Shown: positions 1 to 14,094 of the stretch, piece by piece
Layout of the letters: the number at the start of each line of letters is the position of its first letter
Position numbering within the stretch: the first letter of the stretch is position 1
Source: Isurus oxyrinchus
Taxonomy: Eukaryota
Assembly: GCA_026770705.1 (NCBI GenBank)
Contig: JANJGN010000020.1
Span: forward strand, 61,566,001 to 61,630,000
Direction of reading: 5' to 3'
DNA length: 64,000 bases
Notes under the pieces: model-generated
Told to the model about the DNA's origin: nothing
The model's database searches: none
Seen by the model: only the letters and a program-made list of their open reading frames with translations
Made by a program: the position numbers and the translations under genes

Positions 1-21
1 CAGCAGCCTCTCAATAGCCAT

Positions 22-146
22 AACAAAAACAGAATTACCTGGAAAAACTCAGCAGGTCTGGCAGCTGCTGCCAGACCTGCTGAGTTTTTCCAGGTAATTC
101 TGTTTTTGTTTTGGATTTCCAGCATCCACAGTTTTTTTGTTTTTAT
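22..146. mobile_element. Penelope-derived short tail-to-tail (palindromic) insert
   Basis: 44-bp perfect inverted arms (22-65 / 67-110) of the Penelope 3'-end sequence, flanked by the direct repeat ctcaatagccat (10-21 and 149-160). Confidence 0.8.
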
Positions 147-799
147 CCCTCAATAGCCATGTCTGGAGCTCTTCAGTTTCACTGATTTAAGCCTTCACAG
201 CTTGTCAGTTTCATTGGAGAAGCTCTTTCCCCACTGCTCCCCCCTCCTCCATTGTTAAATACGGAACTGAGGGTTAAAAAAAAGTTCTTAATTGGCTTTT
301 TAAGTAACTTAATTAGATACTAGACAGCTCCAAGAAGGTTCTCTGCTTGCTTTCAGTCCCGCTCCAGTGAAACCCTGAAGTTGGTAGGAGAATGACCAGG
401 GAATTTAACCACATGCCTACACCCAACCCCACCTTCTCTTGACTTTTACTGTGAAAATTTTGCCTATTGGCTAAGTGGCCACCTGTTCTGCTGTGAACAT
501 CTATGGTTCTATGACATACAATAGACAAGTTAGCAGCTCCCAGACCTCTGCATTAAGAGTGGCTTTTTAAGATGGGAAAGGGGCCACTCTGCCTCCTTAA
601 AACATCCCTGCAAGTTGAACAAAGTAACTGGCCCCCATCAATCAGCCACTGTCCTCCTGTAGCACACCTGTGATTGGGGAAATAATGTATGGGCAGTCAG
701 TTGTATGAAGCAACAATCCAAGTGTAGTTCATTCACAGAATCCTATGAGTACTGTATAGATATAGTGGTCCATTTTTTCAAACAATGCACAAACACATT

Positions 800-1025
800 C
801 ATTTTAGGCAGCAGAATAGTAGTAAAACTTTCTTCCCCAGACAGCAGTGAGGCAGGGTCATTGAGGCAGAGGTAGATAGATTCTTGACTAACAAGGGGAT
901 ATCGGGGATAGGTGGGAATGGGGACCTGAGGCCACAATCTGATCAGCCACTATCTTATTGAATAGTGGAGCCGGTTCGAGGGGCCAAATAGCTTACTCCT
1001 GCTCCTGATTCATATCTTCATATGT
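800..1025 (+). mobile_element. CR1-type LINE 3' end fragment
   Basis: Same 3' UTR motif (aggcagaggtagatagattcttg...gatcagcc...cttattgaat...tactcctgctcct) as the RT-containing CR1 copies at 16.3 kb and 20.5 kb. Confidence 0.7.
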
Positions 1026-2121
1026 TAATATGATTCATCATCTTTTGAAAAAAAAGTTCACCCCTGATTTAATTGGTAATAACACCTATATAGTATTAGA
1101 CCAATAAAACAGGACATGACAGATCCAGTTCACATCTAGTCATTGGGGCACTTCCACTGGCCTTAAATCCCTTTAGGCAAGGAAAGGAAAATCAGCCAGG
1201 ATCAATTCTGTTCTCACCCAAGCTGGAAATGTACATATGTTGATATTGGGTGAGATCAGAATGCATTGTGATACTCTTCACAGTAAAATGGCATATGGAT
1301 TGTCATTGTCCAACTCACTAGCGAAGAATAGCCACTTCAGTGAGCTTAAAGAGAGAAACCAGGACATAGGGAAATTCCCTATGGATTCAGTACCTTCAGA
1401 AAAGAGGGAGAGAAAAGGAGGACAATATTGTTCTTTAAAGACCTCATTCAAAGGGATAAAGCCAAAATGAGAACGGATTGATATTGAAAATAGATCTTTT
1501 TAAAAGTCATCTATATTCTTACATTTATATTTATTAAATATCATTGCATTGCATATCATTTCCTGTCTGTCAAAGCAGCTATGTACTGCAGGGTAAAATG
1601 GAAGACAACTGCCTGAGTTTGATTTTTTTTCTTGTCTTCCCCCCCACCACTGTGTCACTTGAGACATCCTGAGTGATAATGGAAATTTACTGTGGGCAAC
1701 AAGCCACATCCAAGAGCTGAGTTTCAGGTTGCAGAATGTGGCATCCACTGGAAAAGACAAATGGGTATATTTATAGAAGAGGATGCCCATACAATGCATA
1801 CAGGATATATGCAGACATAAGTACAAAGTGACTGCTGAAATAGAAATTGGCAAAGTACTCTTGATGCAGTGTTTAAGTTTTGAATAAGCGAGGAGTCTAT
1901 TCTTCAACAACAGTGTAAATGACTGTAAATCACATTTTCACAAATCTACAAGCGATCTTCTGTAGCACCCATGGTTTATAGTTTGGATCATGATTATAGA
2001 GGTAGCTTGCTAACCCAGTACACCTTCCTGGAGGAGGAGATAATTGTCAACGTATCCAGAGTAAGTCCTGTGGAAAAAAAAAATAATTGTGGCCAATATG
2101 TAGAAAATGTTCTCTGATTTT

Positions 2122-2400
2122 TTAGAACATAAAGTATATGAACAGGAGTAGGCCTTCAGTCTTTCAAGCCTGCTTCAAGATTCAACATGATCATGGCTGA
2201 TCTTCTACCACAACTCCAGTTTTTCATCCTATCCCCATATTCTTTGATTCTCTTAGTATCTAAAAATCTATCTTTCTCTGACTTGACTTTACTCAACAAT
2301 TGAGCATCCACAGCCTCAGGGATAGACAATTCCAAAGATTCACAACCCTTTGCATGAAGACAGTTCTCCTCATTGCAGTCCTAAATAGCCAACTCCAATT
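2122..2400 (-). mobile_element. CR1-type LINE 3' end fragment
   Basis: The minus strand encodes the CR1 ORF2 C-terminal motif MRRTVFMQRVVNLWNCL, followed by the 3' UTR. Confidence 0.7.
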
Positions 2401-4419
2401 AAATTGAATTAAATGGAGTTCCATCAAAAATGAAATGGGTGTTAATTCCCAGGGACAGACTTTGGACTTTTTCCTACTAATGTATTTGATTTGCTTATCA
2501 ATTGTATTGATGATAAATTGTACAAATTCATAGCCATCATCCCCATCCATTAAAAAAAACATGTCCCCCTCATGTTATGTACCATTAGCCTGTCAACAGC
2601 ATTCTTTAATTGGTCACAATCAATGTGCATGTTAACCTAGCCTCTGATTTAAAGATCCCATGTTCTGTTCAATAAAGAAATAGGGTATGGGTTCACATCA
2701 CAATTTCATAAACTGAATTTCTCATTTCAACTTAATCCTAAATTCATCTTAATCTCAGCTATGCTTTCGGGGAAGCGGGCCAAGTAATGCCAGGCACTTC
2801 TCCACATGAAGAAAAAGCCAAAGGAGAGTCACACTAGGCCTTAGCTGGGGACAGAAATCAAATAACACACTAAACTCAGGATCTGAGAAGAAAAGTAAGT
2901 GCAATTAACTGTGATTAATTTCAAATCTCAGAATAAACTCTTCAGAAGCCTAAACAAAAGTTTATCCTTCATTTTAATGAGGGTTCTGATTCAAAATTTT
3001 AAAAATTCACAATTTTTGTGCAACTTCTTTTTGAAAAATTGATTTTTTTATAAAAGCTTCTTTGCTGCTTTCTTTGAGTGCTCCAAATATACTATGCCCA
3101 AAGCTGTTATAAATTGTTTCTGGAAATTCACTCTCTTCTCCCATTCCATTCTTTCCCTGCAAGAATGTGACAGGATACACATGTGACTCATTCCCAGATT
3201 ACACACACACACATATGCACACAGAGCAGTGACGGTTCTGATCAGTGCTGAAAGATGAGCGCTTCAATGGGTGGCTAAATGCTCTGGCAGGGTCAGTAAG
3301 GCAAACTGCTCATTTAGAAACCAGATAATATGAGAGTAGTTACCACCCCTGCTGTGACTGACAGCACTGATGAAGTTATCAATGAGGTAAATTCTGCTCT
3401 GACAAATCCTTTTTCCTACATTTCGCCATTTTGTTGTTGTCTGTACAAAGTATTATACACTTAGTTCCTCTGAATAATGTCATATATGATTTTTTGCCTC
3501 ATCTTATGGCATTGTCATGTTTTAATAGTTGTGACCTCTTGTACCCTTCTGCCTACACTTCATTGTACTGTATCATCACTTTTTGATCCCACAGTGGTCT
3601 CTTTTTAACACATAGCTATTTATAACCATATTATTGATAGCAGGTCATAGGGCTAAATGTTACTGGTACCCATATTCAAATTATTGTTTTTTTTATCAAA
3701 GGATCTGTTCACATTTCAGAACTAGACTTGAAAGAGTTCTGGTTCTACTCATTGTAAGTGAGATAACAAATAAACGGGGTTATGGTACAAACCTGTTATT
3801 TATCTATTGAGATTAGGTTATATTGTAAGCCACAGAAACAAATTGTGTGGTTTATTAATGTTATCTGAGTTCCTGAAATGGATTTGAAGCTATAATAGGA
3901 AGATATATTTTTAAGAGAAGATAGGCATGCATATAAAGCCATGTTCCCAATTTGATGCTCACACTTTTTCAGAAAAAAGTAGCACAAAGGAAAACATGTA
4001 CTCCATTTTTAAAAATCTTCATTTTCACATAATCTATGCAAAATGTACTTTTTGTCAGATTAGCACTAGTCCCCTGTACTTTTCTTCTTTGCATCAATTA
4101 TCTCCAAAATCAACAAGACATACAGGCAATTTGATTCGAATTAGTCTGTGCCGCTTTTGCAGCCTTATTTATACTAGATGTGCAAGACTGGGCTAAGGTG
4201 TGATTCTCTTTTTACGCACCATATCCACCCATCCACTTAGAAATCTGTGCCTTGAGGTACACACCATACTCAGAAACTTTCCGATAAACTGGTAGTCACT
4301 GTATACCAATATTCCATACAAACCTGGGATGTGCCAGAGATCAGATCATGTTGACCAGTGTGGTTTGATAGCACCCTACTGAAGTGTAGTGCCATCCAGT
4401 GAATTATAGGCCACTTTGT

Positions 4420-4740
4420 CTTACTTCGTTGGGAATCCATAACACTGATTAAAATTAGGGAGCACTTAGAGAAGCATAGATTAATCAAAAATCACCTACA
4501 TGAATTTGCAACAGGCAGGTCTTGCTTGTTTGATTACATTTTTTTGTGGAATCAGAGTTTATAAATAAAGGAAATGCAATGGAGTTTCAGAAGGCATTAG
4601 ATGAGGTATCACAGGAGGTTGGTTACTAAAATTAGAGCACACTATTTTAAAGGAAATATAGACACACTGATAGAAGGATGCCTAGGGAGCAGAAAGCAAA
4701 TAATAGAGATAAATAGGCCAGATATTCGGGTGGTGGAAGT
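4420..4740 (+). mobile_element. Decayed CR1 RT fragment
   Basis: Degenerate FQKA.DEV.HRRLVTKIRAH-like RT segment. Confidence 0.55.
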
Positions 4741-5792
4741 TGGCAGCTTTGGTGATGGGATCAGAACCTTAATTCAGCACCCAGTAGGGGACTGAGGGTG
4801 CCAACAACCTGGTTTAGCCAAAGACAGTAGCCAGGGAGGGGGATGGAATCAGAGACTAGGGAACAGAGTTTGTTGTGGGAGTTGAAGAGGTAGATTAGGG
4901 GCAATTTTGTGCCGGGGGCCATATTCAAATTGAACTTAAACTACCCTAACCATTTTTCTCTTCTTCCTGTTTCAAAACATTGCTGTACCCTCTCTTCAAG
5001 GACTGTCATATTGAAATAACAAAAATAAATTATTAGATGACTGCTGAACTGCAGATTGGAAGAAAGGAGCACATTCTGTTCAGCTAGGTAATTCATAGAG
5101 CTTTGTTTTTTTGTTTATGTTTTATAACCAGTGATAATAGCTATTAGGAAAATTGTTTCATGAGCTATAGCCTGGTTGAAGATTACATGACTTTTTCTAA
5201 TAGTATATAAAATTTCAGTTGACTGAGAGACATCTGTGTCTTTCACTATGCAGCTTTTCACTAATGATGTCAGACCTTTCCTCCATGTAACTGTGCCATT
5301 CCAGGACAGTTGCTGGTTCCTGTTAGTGTGATTCCATTATTAGAAAAAGCCTTTACAAGCAAAACCTGCCCAGTTACCCAATATCTATCCAATGTCCATA
5401 GAGATCACCAGCCGTTCTTTACATTACCCCAGGTGCACTTCTGTGAAAGTGTACTTTAAAACCATAAAAAAAAAACTCTGGTTAGACCTGTGCATTATAG
5501 AAGGGATAGAAATATACTTGCTAACAAAAGCCATTGGATACCAATGGAAGCAGGAATGTCGGATGTTCCCAACACCCCCACCCCCACCTTTCCTACTGAA
5601 GGATCACTGAGATTAATTGCAGCGCACTAACTGTTTGCCCAGTTGAGATCATTTAATTCCATGCCCTTTGCTGCACCTTCATTGAGGATGAGAGTTAGGG
5701 TTACCAGTATTTAATGAAAAAAATCTAAATTCAATCATATCCGTTTGCCTTAATGCTTATTTTTAATGCAACAGATCACAAGTATACATAAT

Positions 5793-6447
5793 GGCCAGGA
5801 TTTTTCAGTCGGCATGCAGGGATGGGCTCGACAAGCCAGTGTGTAAAATGATGTGCGTCTCGACGTTATCATGCTGTCTTGCGATGTTTTGTTTGGCGGG
5901 CGTGCGCCAGTGTCGGCTGCGCGCCTGCCGATAATTGATAGGCCTATTAAGGCCATTAACAAAATGATTAATGTCAAGTTTACGCTGCCCGTCCAACCTT
6001 ACGGTTGGCAGTAGGGCGAAAAGGCCAAGCGGCCTTTACATTTTCTAGGTAACCTCATCCATGAACAGGATGAGGTTTCCTAAAGCTTTTATTACTTAAT
6101 TAAAAAGTTTCTATGAAAAATAAAAACATGCCCTATCTCATGTGACACAGTTACATGAGGGGACATGTTTCATTAAATTTTTAAGTCTTTAAAAAATTTT
6201 TAAAGACTGCTTCAATCTCCCTGACGCTGCACCGTGCATGTATGCATGAAAGAACACTGGACCCGACTCTCCCTCCTCCCCCCGCCCACACAGGTAACGC
6301 TGAGCGCTACCGCTCTCATATTACGCTGGGCGGGCCTTAATTGGCCCACCCAAGTAAAATGTCGGTGTAGAGCCGATCACGGGAGACGGTAGGCTCCACA
6401 ACCGCCCACTCCCGCTGAGCCCGCCTGACGCCGGAAAAATTCAGGCC
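5793..6447. mobile_element. Non-autonomous PIF/Harbinger MITE (family A)
   Basis: Imperfect TIRs GGCCAGGATTTTTC / GAAAAATTCAGGCC and a 3-bp TSD AAT (5790-5792, 6448-6450). Homologous, in inverted orientation, to 13023-13557 and 47580-48221. Confidence 0.85.
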
Positions 6448-9400
6448 AATGAATCAAAACCCATGCACCATATGATGGTTGCCTTGCTTTTCTGCTCTCT
6501 ACGAAAAGTGTGAAAGTTTCCAATGCTACCGCAGTATTGTTTCCAGTTTTCCATTATGTAATGCCCATTTAATTGCATCAAAGTTGGCACCTGTGATGCA
6601 AACATGTGGTGATTTTGACAATGGCTAACTTATGGAAGAAATTTTATTACACTCCACTCTCCCATTTAACTGTTTTAAAGTAGGAATGGCTTTTAATATC
6701 TTGAAAAAAATTCCAAGATTTTACTATACTAGAGCAGGATGAATACTTTGGAATTTCTGATAGAGCTTTGAAGGTTATCTGATCAATTCTGGGAGAAGAT
6801 GTTTATATGTGCTCATTTTGAACACTTTACCTTAAGTATGTTGTTTCCCACTCTTCCTTCCCCATTAAATACAATTGAGATACTTTGAAGGAGCTGAAAC
6901 CAGAAAGCATCTCCCATCAAAGGTTATGTGCTCATAAAAGCACAGAGGGTTTTCTCCAACTGAGTATAGTAGCTTTCAGTCAAAGGAGCTTCTATAAATA
7001 ATGTTGCATTCTACATATTGTGTAAGGAACTGGTATCATACATAACAAACCTTTGTAAGTCTGTAGCTGGTCTATCTGCTTCAAAGATTAGTGTGCATCG
7101 GTGAAGATGGGCACCTAACTTGTGTGATTCTTCTGATTTTAAACAATGTGTCATCTGAAGTGACTGATGAGGATTTCTCAACCAGTTTCAAAACCAAATC
7201 TTAGATGACTGTAACTGTGCTCCAGGTGAAGATTTTTCATAAAGAAAAATCAAATAAAAGTACCTGTTGGAAAAATTCTGGAACAGCTGTTATTAATGTG
7301 AGGTGTAAATTGGATTCAATGTATCATTTGCTTTATAGAAAATTAATTATGAGAAAAGCATTCTACTGGGGTAATCTATGCATTGTTGCTATTTTTTTAA
7401 TAGATGTAATATTCTCTCCTTGCCTTCTTTTGGCAATCGCCATGTCACAAACCACCCTGGCCAGGAAAGTAAGCAGGGGATCTTCTTCTGGCACTGCAAC
7501 TCTGTTCTGGGAGCCCAGCCAGTATAGAGCTTTATGTTTCATCTCTGGGTTCAGCATCCAGGAGTAGGAAGGATGCCAATACTTGCTAAGGGGAATCTGA
7601 GTCGGCTGGAGACACACTTGTCAGATATTTTATCCAAGCAAGTGTTTTTCTAACCAGGAGATCTAAAGTGGTTTTGTTTCCACTCACAAACCAGAATATT
7701 CCTTTTCTTTTAATATATAATTTCTATGTTTTTGGGAGAGATCTCAATACCTAACCTGTTCACTCCCCATGTTAACGTTTGGCTTTTGGAGAACATCGCT
7801 CAGTCTGACAGCTAGATATTCGAACACACCACTGTAAGAAATGAAGGATGTGGATTTGTGCTCTGAAGCTGTGTTTCTGAGGCCAGGTGTTTTCCCACAG
7901 CAATTGCTGGAGAGCTGCAGACAAATCATATGTGAGGCCTCTCATATAATTGCTGGTGAGCTGCATAGATAAAGACTGAGATATAGGTAGCATTCAGGTT
8001 TTCACTCAGGAAATAGTGGATAGTATGATAGGATCTAAAAGGAGGGAATTTGATGAAGCATTATTGAGAAACAGTGTCAAATGTAAACCAAATACTAGTT
8101 CTTAATGTTAATGGCCTTTGTGACAGCAGAATGACTTTCCCAGCTAAAGATGAAATTTTGTGAATGTACACCTAATGCATGTGCGCTGCCCTATGCTGAC
8201 TGGATGCACTTCAGGGCAGGATTTAGTTCAGGGTGAATTTGCCACCTTCTTAAATTAATTTGGAAGCAGTTGGAGCATGTAATCGATATTTTTTCACGTT
8301 AGGTTAATTAGTCTTGGTAGAGTTTAGAGGAAGGTGTCCACATGTTAATGACTCACAATACCTGCATTTGAATACAACGATATAATTTAATGCCTGTCAT
8401 TTCCTGAAGAGGATGAAAAACTGGGATAATTTGCACAGGTGCACAGATGCATCCAGACACTTTGTTAACAGAATGCATGCCACTGTCTTGACTTAAGCAG
8501 ATTGAAATGAAACTTGTGCAACTGCAGCACTAATCAACTGTTTTACAAAGGTCAATGGAATGGCAAAATTAGGTGTAACCATTTATCGTTGGGATATGAG
8601 TTAAGACCAAGAGCTTGATGACTTTTCTCTGGCAGCTGCCAGTATTCCAGAGTGGAATTAATGTGGGCATTTAAATCAGCTCCCAGTGAATGTGGCCTTA
8701 CAAACCATCGCTCAAGCATCATTCTGAATTGTTGAGCCACTACTTTCTAAACCATCCTTTAAGCTACATGCTAGGTAGGTTGAAAGACATTAAGACCTGC
8801 ACCGAATGCATAATACATTCCCCTCAATAAAAGTGTGCTACAGGTTTGGCCACTGAGGACTACAGTATTAATGCAATTTATATTTTGCGAAAATGAGAAA
8901 TTACTTCCCAATGCCTTTGTGGGTTAATATACTGTGCATTATAGTACTGACTCAAAAATACCAAGAAGGTGCAAGATTCAGTTTCTCCAGTCTCTTCTGC
9001 ATTTGCTAATTAGGTACAGAAGACTATCTGTGCCTATGGGACCATGTCCCAAAAAGTACTTTAGTGAAAAGAAAGTATCGTTTTGGGGGGGGTGGGGTAT
9101 GAATAAACTTTAAATAATGGATATTGAGAGAATGAACACAGAGAAGAAAAAGACAGTGGAAAAAAATAGACCTTAAGAAAATTAAGTCAGGATCCACAGA
9201 AGCAAAATAAACTGAAAACCAGGGAATGCCAGGGAGAACGGTGTCACTGAATAAGTGGCAGCCTATCTCAGGCATCATGCCATAAACCTAGACTTGTTCC
9301 TACAACTTTAAGCGGAATTCAGGATTAAACTCTACTTGAGCAGGTGCAATCATGCAAACTTCATGCCTTTGTACAAAAATAAAGATATTGTGTGTGTATT

Positions 9401-9853
9401 AATTATTTCTATTTATTCAATAAACTAAAGATTTCTAAAAGCTTTTGTTCAGCTCATTACCGGGAGCTTGCTTTGTTAAGCAAGTTTTCCATTTCCTTAT
9501 GCAGGGTGAACTGCTTGGCTTATGGTCTTTGCAGTTCCATTGAATGAAAAGGCATTTGACTCAAGTAAATGCTGTCAGCATAGAACAATCAATGTAAGTT
9601 TATAATAGCTGGCACAAATTCAATAGTCTCCTAAGAGGCTGTAGAAAAGAGTGTGTGAAAAATGGAAATGTCATATTAGAGTAGTGGGGAGTATTCACTT
9701 AAGGTCAGTGACTAAGATTCATTGCTAAATTTACGTGGAGAATGCTTTCTGTTGCATACAGATGAACATTTTCACATTTGTAGCAAATTTTGGATTTCAG
9801 ACTTTTGTTGGTCCTTGAGATGTTTATTTTTCTCTGAGAAGTAAAATTAGTTA

Positions 9854-9887
9854 AGCAGTACTGGTGTTGTGCCACTAGATGTCACTG
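9854..9887 (+). promoter_or_regulatory. Candidate CTCF site with upstream motif
   Basis: GCCACTAGATGTCACT resembles the CTCF core CCACYAGRKGGCRC. It is preceded at roughly the expected spacing by AGCAGTAC (U-motif-like) and lies in apparently unique sequence. Motif match only. Confidence 0.4.
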
Positions 9888-10065
9888 GTACAGTTAAATG
9901 AAATGCAATAATAAATTGATTTTTTCCCCCTTCCCCGGCCCCCCATGTCACCCCACCACCAACAATTTGGTGCTATGACCTTTCAGATGCTTTACAGTTC
10001 TACTTTGTAATTCATCCTGTATGTGTGACATTAAAAAGATATGAATAGTGAGGACTAGTTGACAC

Positions 10066-11060
10066 ACAACTTACATTTAAAGGGCACCTTTAACATAATA
10101 AAACATCCCAAGGTGCTTCACAGGGACATTATAAAACAAAATATGATACCAAGCCACAGATGATCAAAAGCTTGGTCAAAGAGGAGGTTTTAATGAGTAA
10201 CTTAAAGGAGGGAAATGAGATAGAGAGGTGGAGACATTTAGGGAGGGAATTCCAGAGCTTAGGGCCTGGAGAACTGAAAACGTGGTCACCAGTGGTGGAG
10301 CGATTAAAATAGGAATGCACAAGAAATCTTAGAGGAGTGTAGATATCTTGAAGGGTTGTGGCATAGGAGGAGATTACAGATATTGCGAGGGGCAAGGCCA
10401 TGGAAGGAATTGAGAACAAGGATGAGAATTTTAAATTCACAGCATTACAAGGCCAATAACCAGTGTAGCTTAGCAAGCACACGTGTGATAGGTGAATGGG
10501 ACTTGGTGCAAGTTAAGACAAGTGCAGCAGAGTTTTGGATTACCTCAAGCTTATGTAAGGTAGAATGTGGGAGACCAGCTAGGAGTGCATTAGAATAGTC
10601 AAGTCTAAAAGCAACAAAAGCATGAATGAGGTTTTCAGCAGCAGATGAGCTGAGACTAGTGAAGTTGAACGATGTTATGAAGGTGGAAATAGGCAGTCTT
10701 AGTGATGGCAGGAATATGAGGTTGGAAGCTCAACTTGGTGTCAGGTGTGTGTGACACCAAGGTTGCAAACAGACTGGCTTAATCTCTGACTGTTGCCAAA
10801 GAGAAGGATGGAGTCAATAGCTAGGGAAAGGAGTTTGGACCGAGGTCGAAACAATGGCTTCAGTCTTCCTAATATTTAATTGGGGGAAATTTCTGCTCAT
10901 CCAGTATAAGATTCTGAAAAGCAGTCTGTTAATTTGGCAACAGTGGAGGAGTCAAGAGAGGTGGTTTCGAGGTAAAGCTAGGTGCTTTGCTTTCGGATTA
11001 TGTCACTGATTGGCAGCACGTAAATTAAAAATAGGAGAGGGCCAAGGAAATATTGGAGGT
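10066..11060 (-). mobile_element. L2-type LINE 3' portion
   Basis: The minus-strand ORF contains GDHVFSSPGPKLWNSLPKCLHLSISFPSFKLLIKT, typical of the L2 ORF2 C-terminus. The 3' tail resembles fragments at 31.3-31.7 kb and 47.4 kb. Confidence 0.75.
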
Positions 11061-13022
11061 ATGTCTGAGTTAAGACTTGACTTGAATGTAGGATTTTAAA
11101 TATTAGTTTCTGATCCTAACACCCAATGTATTTTTTTGGCTATAGGATTTTGCCCCATCTCTGCACCCTCGCACCCTTCATACATGCTGATCTGAATGAT
11201 AAATTAAGCCCTGGTGCTTGAGCCCTGCTCGATCTCCTGTATACTGTGTTTCCTCAACTGAAAACCTATAGGGTATAATTTTCCTCAACATTTTTTTTTT
11301 GGTGAAAGAGAAGAGTTTGTCTTTTCTTGAAATTAACAAAAATGGCTTCACTATTGCCTTCAAACCTTAAATAAAACAAGTTTGATCCTCCAACTCTGCT
11401 GAATTATTATCAGTTGAGTTGTGCTGGAAGAAACCTGGCATAGGCAAACCATGTTCTCATGGGAGGAAATTGATGGCTGGGTCATTCTTATGCAGCCTTT
11501 AATGGCTGGCTGATTAATGGGATTTTGTGGTTGGCAACAGGAATTTTGTGGCTCAGGAAGAAGAGGAGAACATTAGAGAATAATATTTTTAAAGTGATTG
11601 AGAAAATTATTTTTTGTGTGATGAAATCACACTCAAAATCTGAAGCTCCAGGCTTGGTGGAGGTGCCAAGGTCCATAGGCCTACATATTTTGAAAATACT
11701 CATTTTTATCCAATTATATTGATTTACACAAATATGGTTTCTATAGGAAATAACAGGAACTCAACTGAGACTTTGGACTTTTACTCAATCAAACAGATTG
11801 CACTGTTCAAAATCAGCTGTCTGTGTGAGAGGTCTGTTACTGTGTTTTTCAGGTGGTGCAGAAAATAGTTAGCCTGTGATCTTTGGATAGAGAGACATTT
11901 CATGCATTCTGCCCTTATGCAATGTGACTGTATGAATAACACATTTTAAAAGAGATGTCCTTGAAAGCTTCCACATATGCATGCAAGATTATAGATTTTT
12001 AACAAAAATTCTCCTCTCACCCCCAAATACACTTTAAGTATTTCTGTTGTTTTTTTTTGCTTACAGGTTATTTTGGTAGTATTGTTTCTTTTATTTGTAT
12101 CCATTATATAATTTTATTAAGAGCTAATCTATTTTTCACATGGGGAACAAAGATTTCTCAAGGTCAGCTCACAAAAAGTAGAATAAGTTTTCAGTATCTC
12201 ACTGGGTCAGTCCACTGCTTTGAATATTCCCTACCTGTTGTAAAATCATACAGCATGACCGTTGGGTTATATTGCTATCATCATTTGAGATTATATTATC
12301 TTACCATTTTCTTCATGATAGTTTATGTAAAACTATTGCTTCGGTTAGTGGTTGTCCACACATTCATTTTCTTCTATCTCACGAACAGCTCCAGCAACAT
12401 CTACCATACAATAGGTGAGGGAACTATCACTAAATCACTACCTATTGCAAGCTAGTTATCTGTGTATCGCCATAATACCCTATTTGTTGACTCCTGGAAG
12501 CCTATTAATTGCTAATGATGCTGGGACATGAAAGGGAGTGGTGCAGTTTTTTGGCATGATGTCTGTCAGCTTTTTCCTTTTCATATGGATGCAGTTAAGT
12601 GGGCCTCTTTGGAATGTAATTGGGGGATGAACGGGTGGGAGAAGGACTGCCTTGAGCTATCCCAGAGGAACACCAACAAGGCGTGACTCCAACATCCCAG
12701 GCACATTATTTATTTAACCAAGAGAATGTGGTTTTTTGAGTGAACATCAAAGTTTGTCTAACACACCATAATTTAAAGCAATGACATCTAAACCGGATAA
12801 AGGCTAAGAGATGGCTGACGAGCTGTTTTTTTTGAAGTATTGTTCCCCTCACAGATATTCCAAAATAGCTAATTGTTTTTTTATTGAAACAAAGTGTATA
12901 ACGTTTCCCCCAACATTAAAGCAAATTACCTTGGGGTGTGTAAAAATACAATGCACTAAAGATATAACAGTGCCCACCAATAAGTGTGAGGACACAGGTC
13001 CATTCTCTCCATCCTATGTATG

Positions 13023-13557
13023 GGGGAGGATTTTCCCCTCGTTGGGCGGATGCGAGACTGATTGCCGCCCGCAATGGCCAATTAATGGTCAGCCAGCATG
13101 CAAGGCACGCTAAGAGCCTTAGCGGTGCCAGGGTGGGGGTGGGAGCAGTGCGACCACTGAAGTGTGCGCATTCATGGGGGAGGGTGCTCTGAAAGCTCCC
13201 TGAAGGATTTCAAAATGAAAAATAAACTTTTTGCATATGATATAAACACATGCCCACATGTGACTCAGTCACATGAAGAGGGCCACGTAAAAAAGAATGT
13301 TATTGTTTTTTTACTAACAGTTGGAAACCTCATCCCGCCCAAGGTTTCATTAAAAATGCAAAGGCCGCCTCGCCTATTTGCCCACCTGCCAACCGTATGG
13401 TTGAGTGGGCAGTGAAAAATGCAACTTAGTTAATTACTTAAGGGCCTTAATAGACTTCTTAATTGTTGGCGGGTGCTCTGCTGCCTCGCGCACGCGCCTG
13501 CCGACCCAAAGGTTGTGAGTGTGCGCAATGACATCCGCGAGACAAAAAATTCTGCCC
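13023..13557. mobile_element. Non-autonomous PIF/Harbinger MITE (family A)
   Basis: TIRs GGGGAGGATTTT / AAAATTCTGCCC and TSD ATG (13020-13022, 13558-13560). Internal motifs are shared with 5793-6447 and 47580-48221. Confidence 0.85.
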
Positions 13558-13864
13558 ATGATCTGCCAACCTCAACTATGCAACTGCTTGGGTGATAGTG
13601 CATGTTCCACTGCTGCGGGGGTGGGAATGGGGGGTGTGCACGTTGTAAAGGTTGTGCTAAGTGAAAAGGAAGGCAAGAAATTCCATTATTAATTTTTTTA
13701 AACGCAATTGGACTTCCCAAAAAGGTGACTGGTAAAGGCAATATGTAACTTAGCTGTCATTCATTCTGTGGTTGAATTGTAGGCTAATATTTGCTAACTA
13801 GGCTTACACATGGAAAATGGCTGCTTGGGTGAAGTACCAAATGGCAGACAACACCTGAGAACCA

Positions 13865-14090
13865 ATATCCTAATAGGAATCAATATTTCCAGAGCACAAA
13901 AGGCATTCCTGCATCTGCCACTGCATTGAAACAGCTTTTATCAAAGACACAAATGAAATCCTATGTGACTGTATTAAAGGTAAACTATCTTTCCAAATCA
14001 TTATCAACCCATTTGCAGTTTTGAAACAGTTGACCATGCCATCCTCCTCCAACACCTCCTCCATTGTCCAGCTGAGTGAGACCACACTTG
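13865..14090 (+). mobile_element. L2-type RT fragment
   Basis: Degenerate CHCIETAFIKDTNEILCD...AVFETVDHAILL..LSS, matching the L2 RT HSTETAL.KV.ND...AAFDTVDH motif. Confidence 0.6.
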
Positions 14091-14094
14091 CCTC

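Noticed and set aside
1180-1420. Possible ancient interspersed repeat (similar bits near 2000 and 35100-35220)
   Set aside because: Too degenerate to delimit or classify by eye.
3201-3213. (AC)n microsatellite
   Set aside because: Too short to be meaningful.
5001-5087. Possible cassette exon (tctcttcaag|GAC...CTAG|gtaatt)
   Set aside because: In-frame stop after 11 codons and no similarity to known ERC exons; splice-like motifs of this quality occur by chance.
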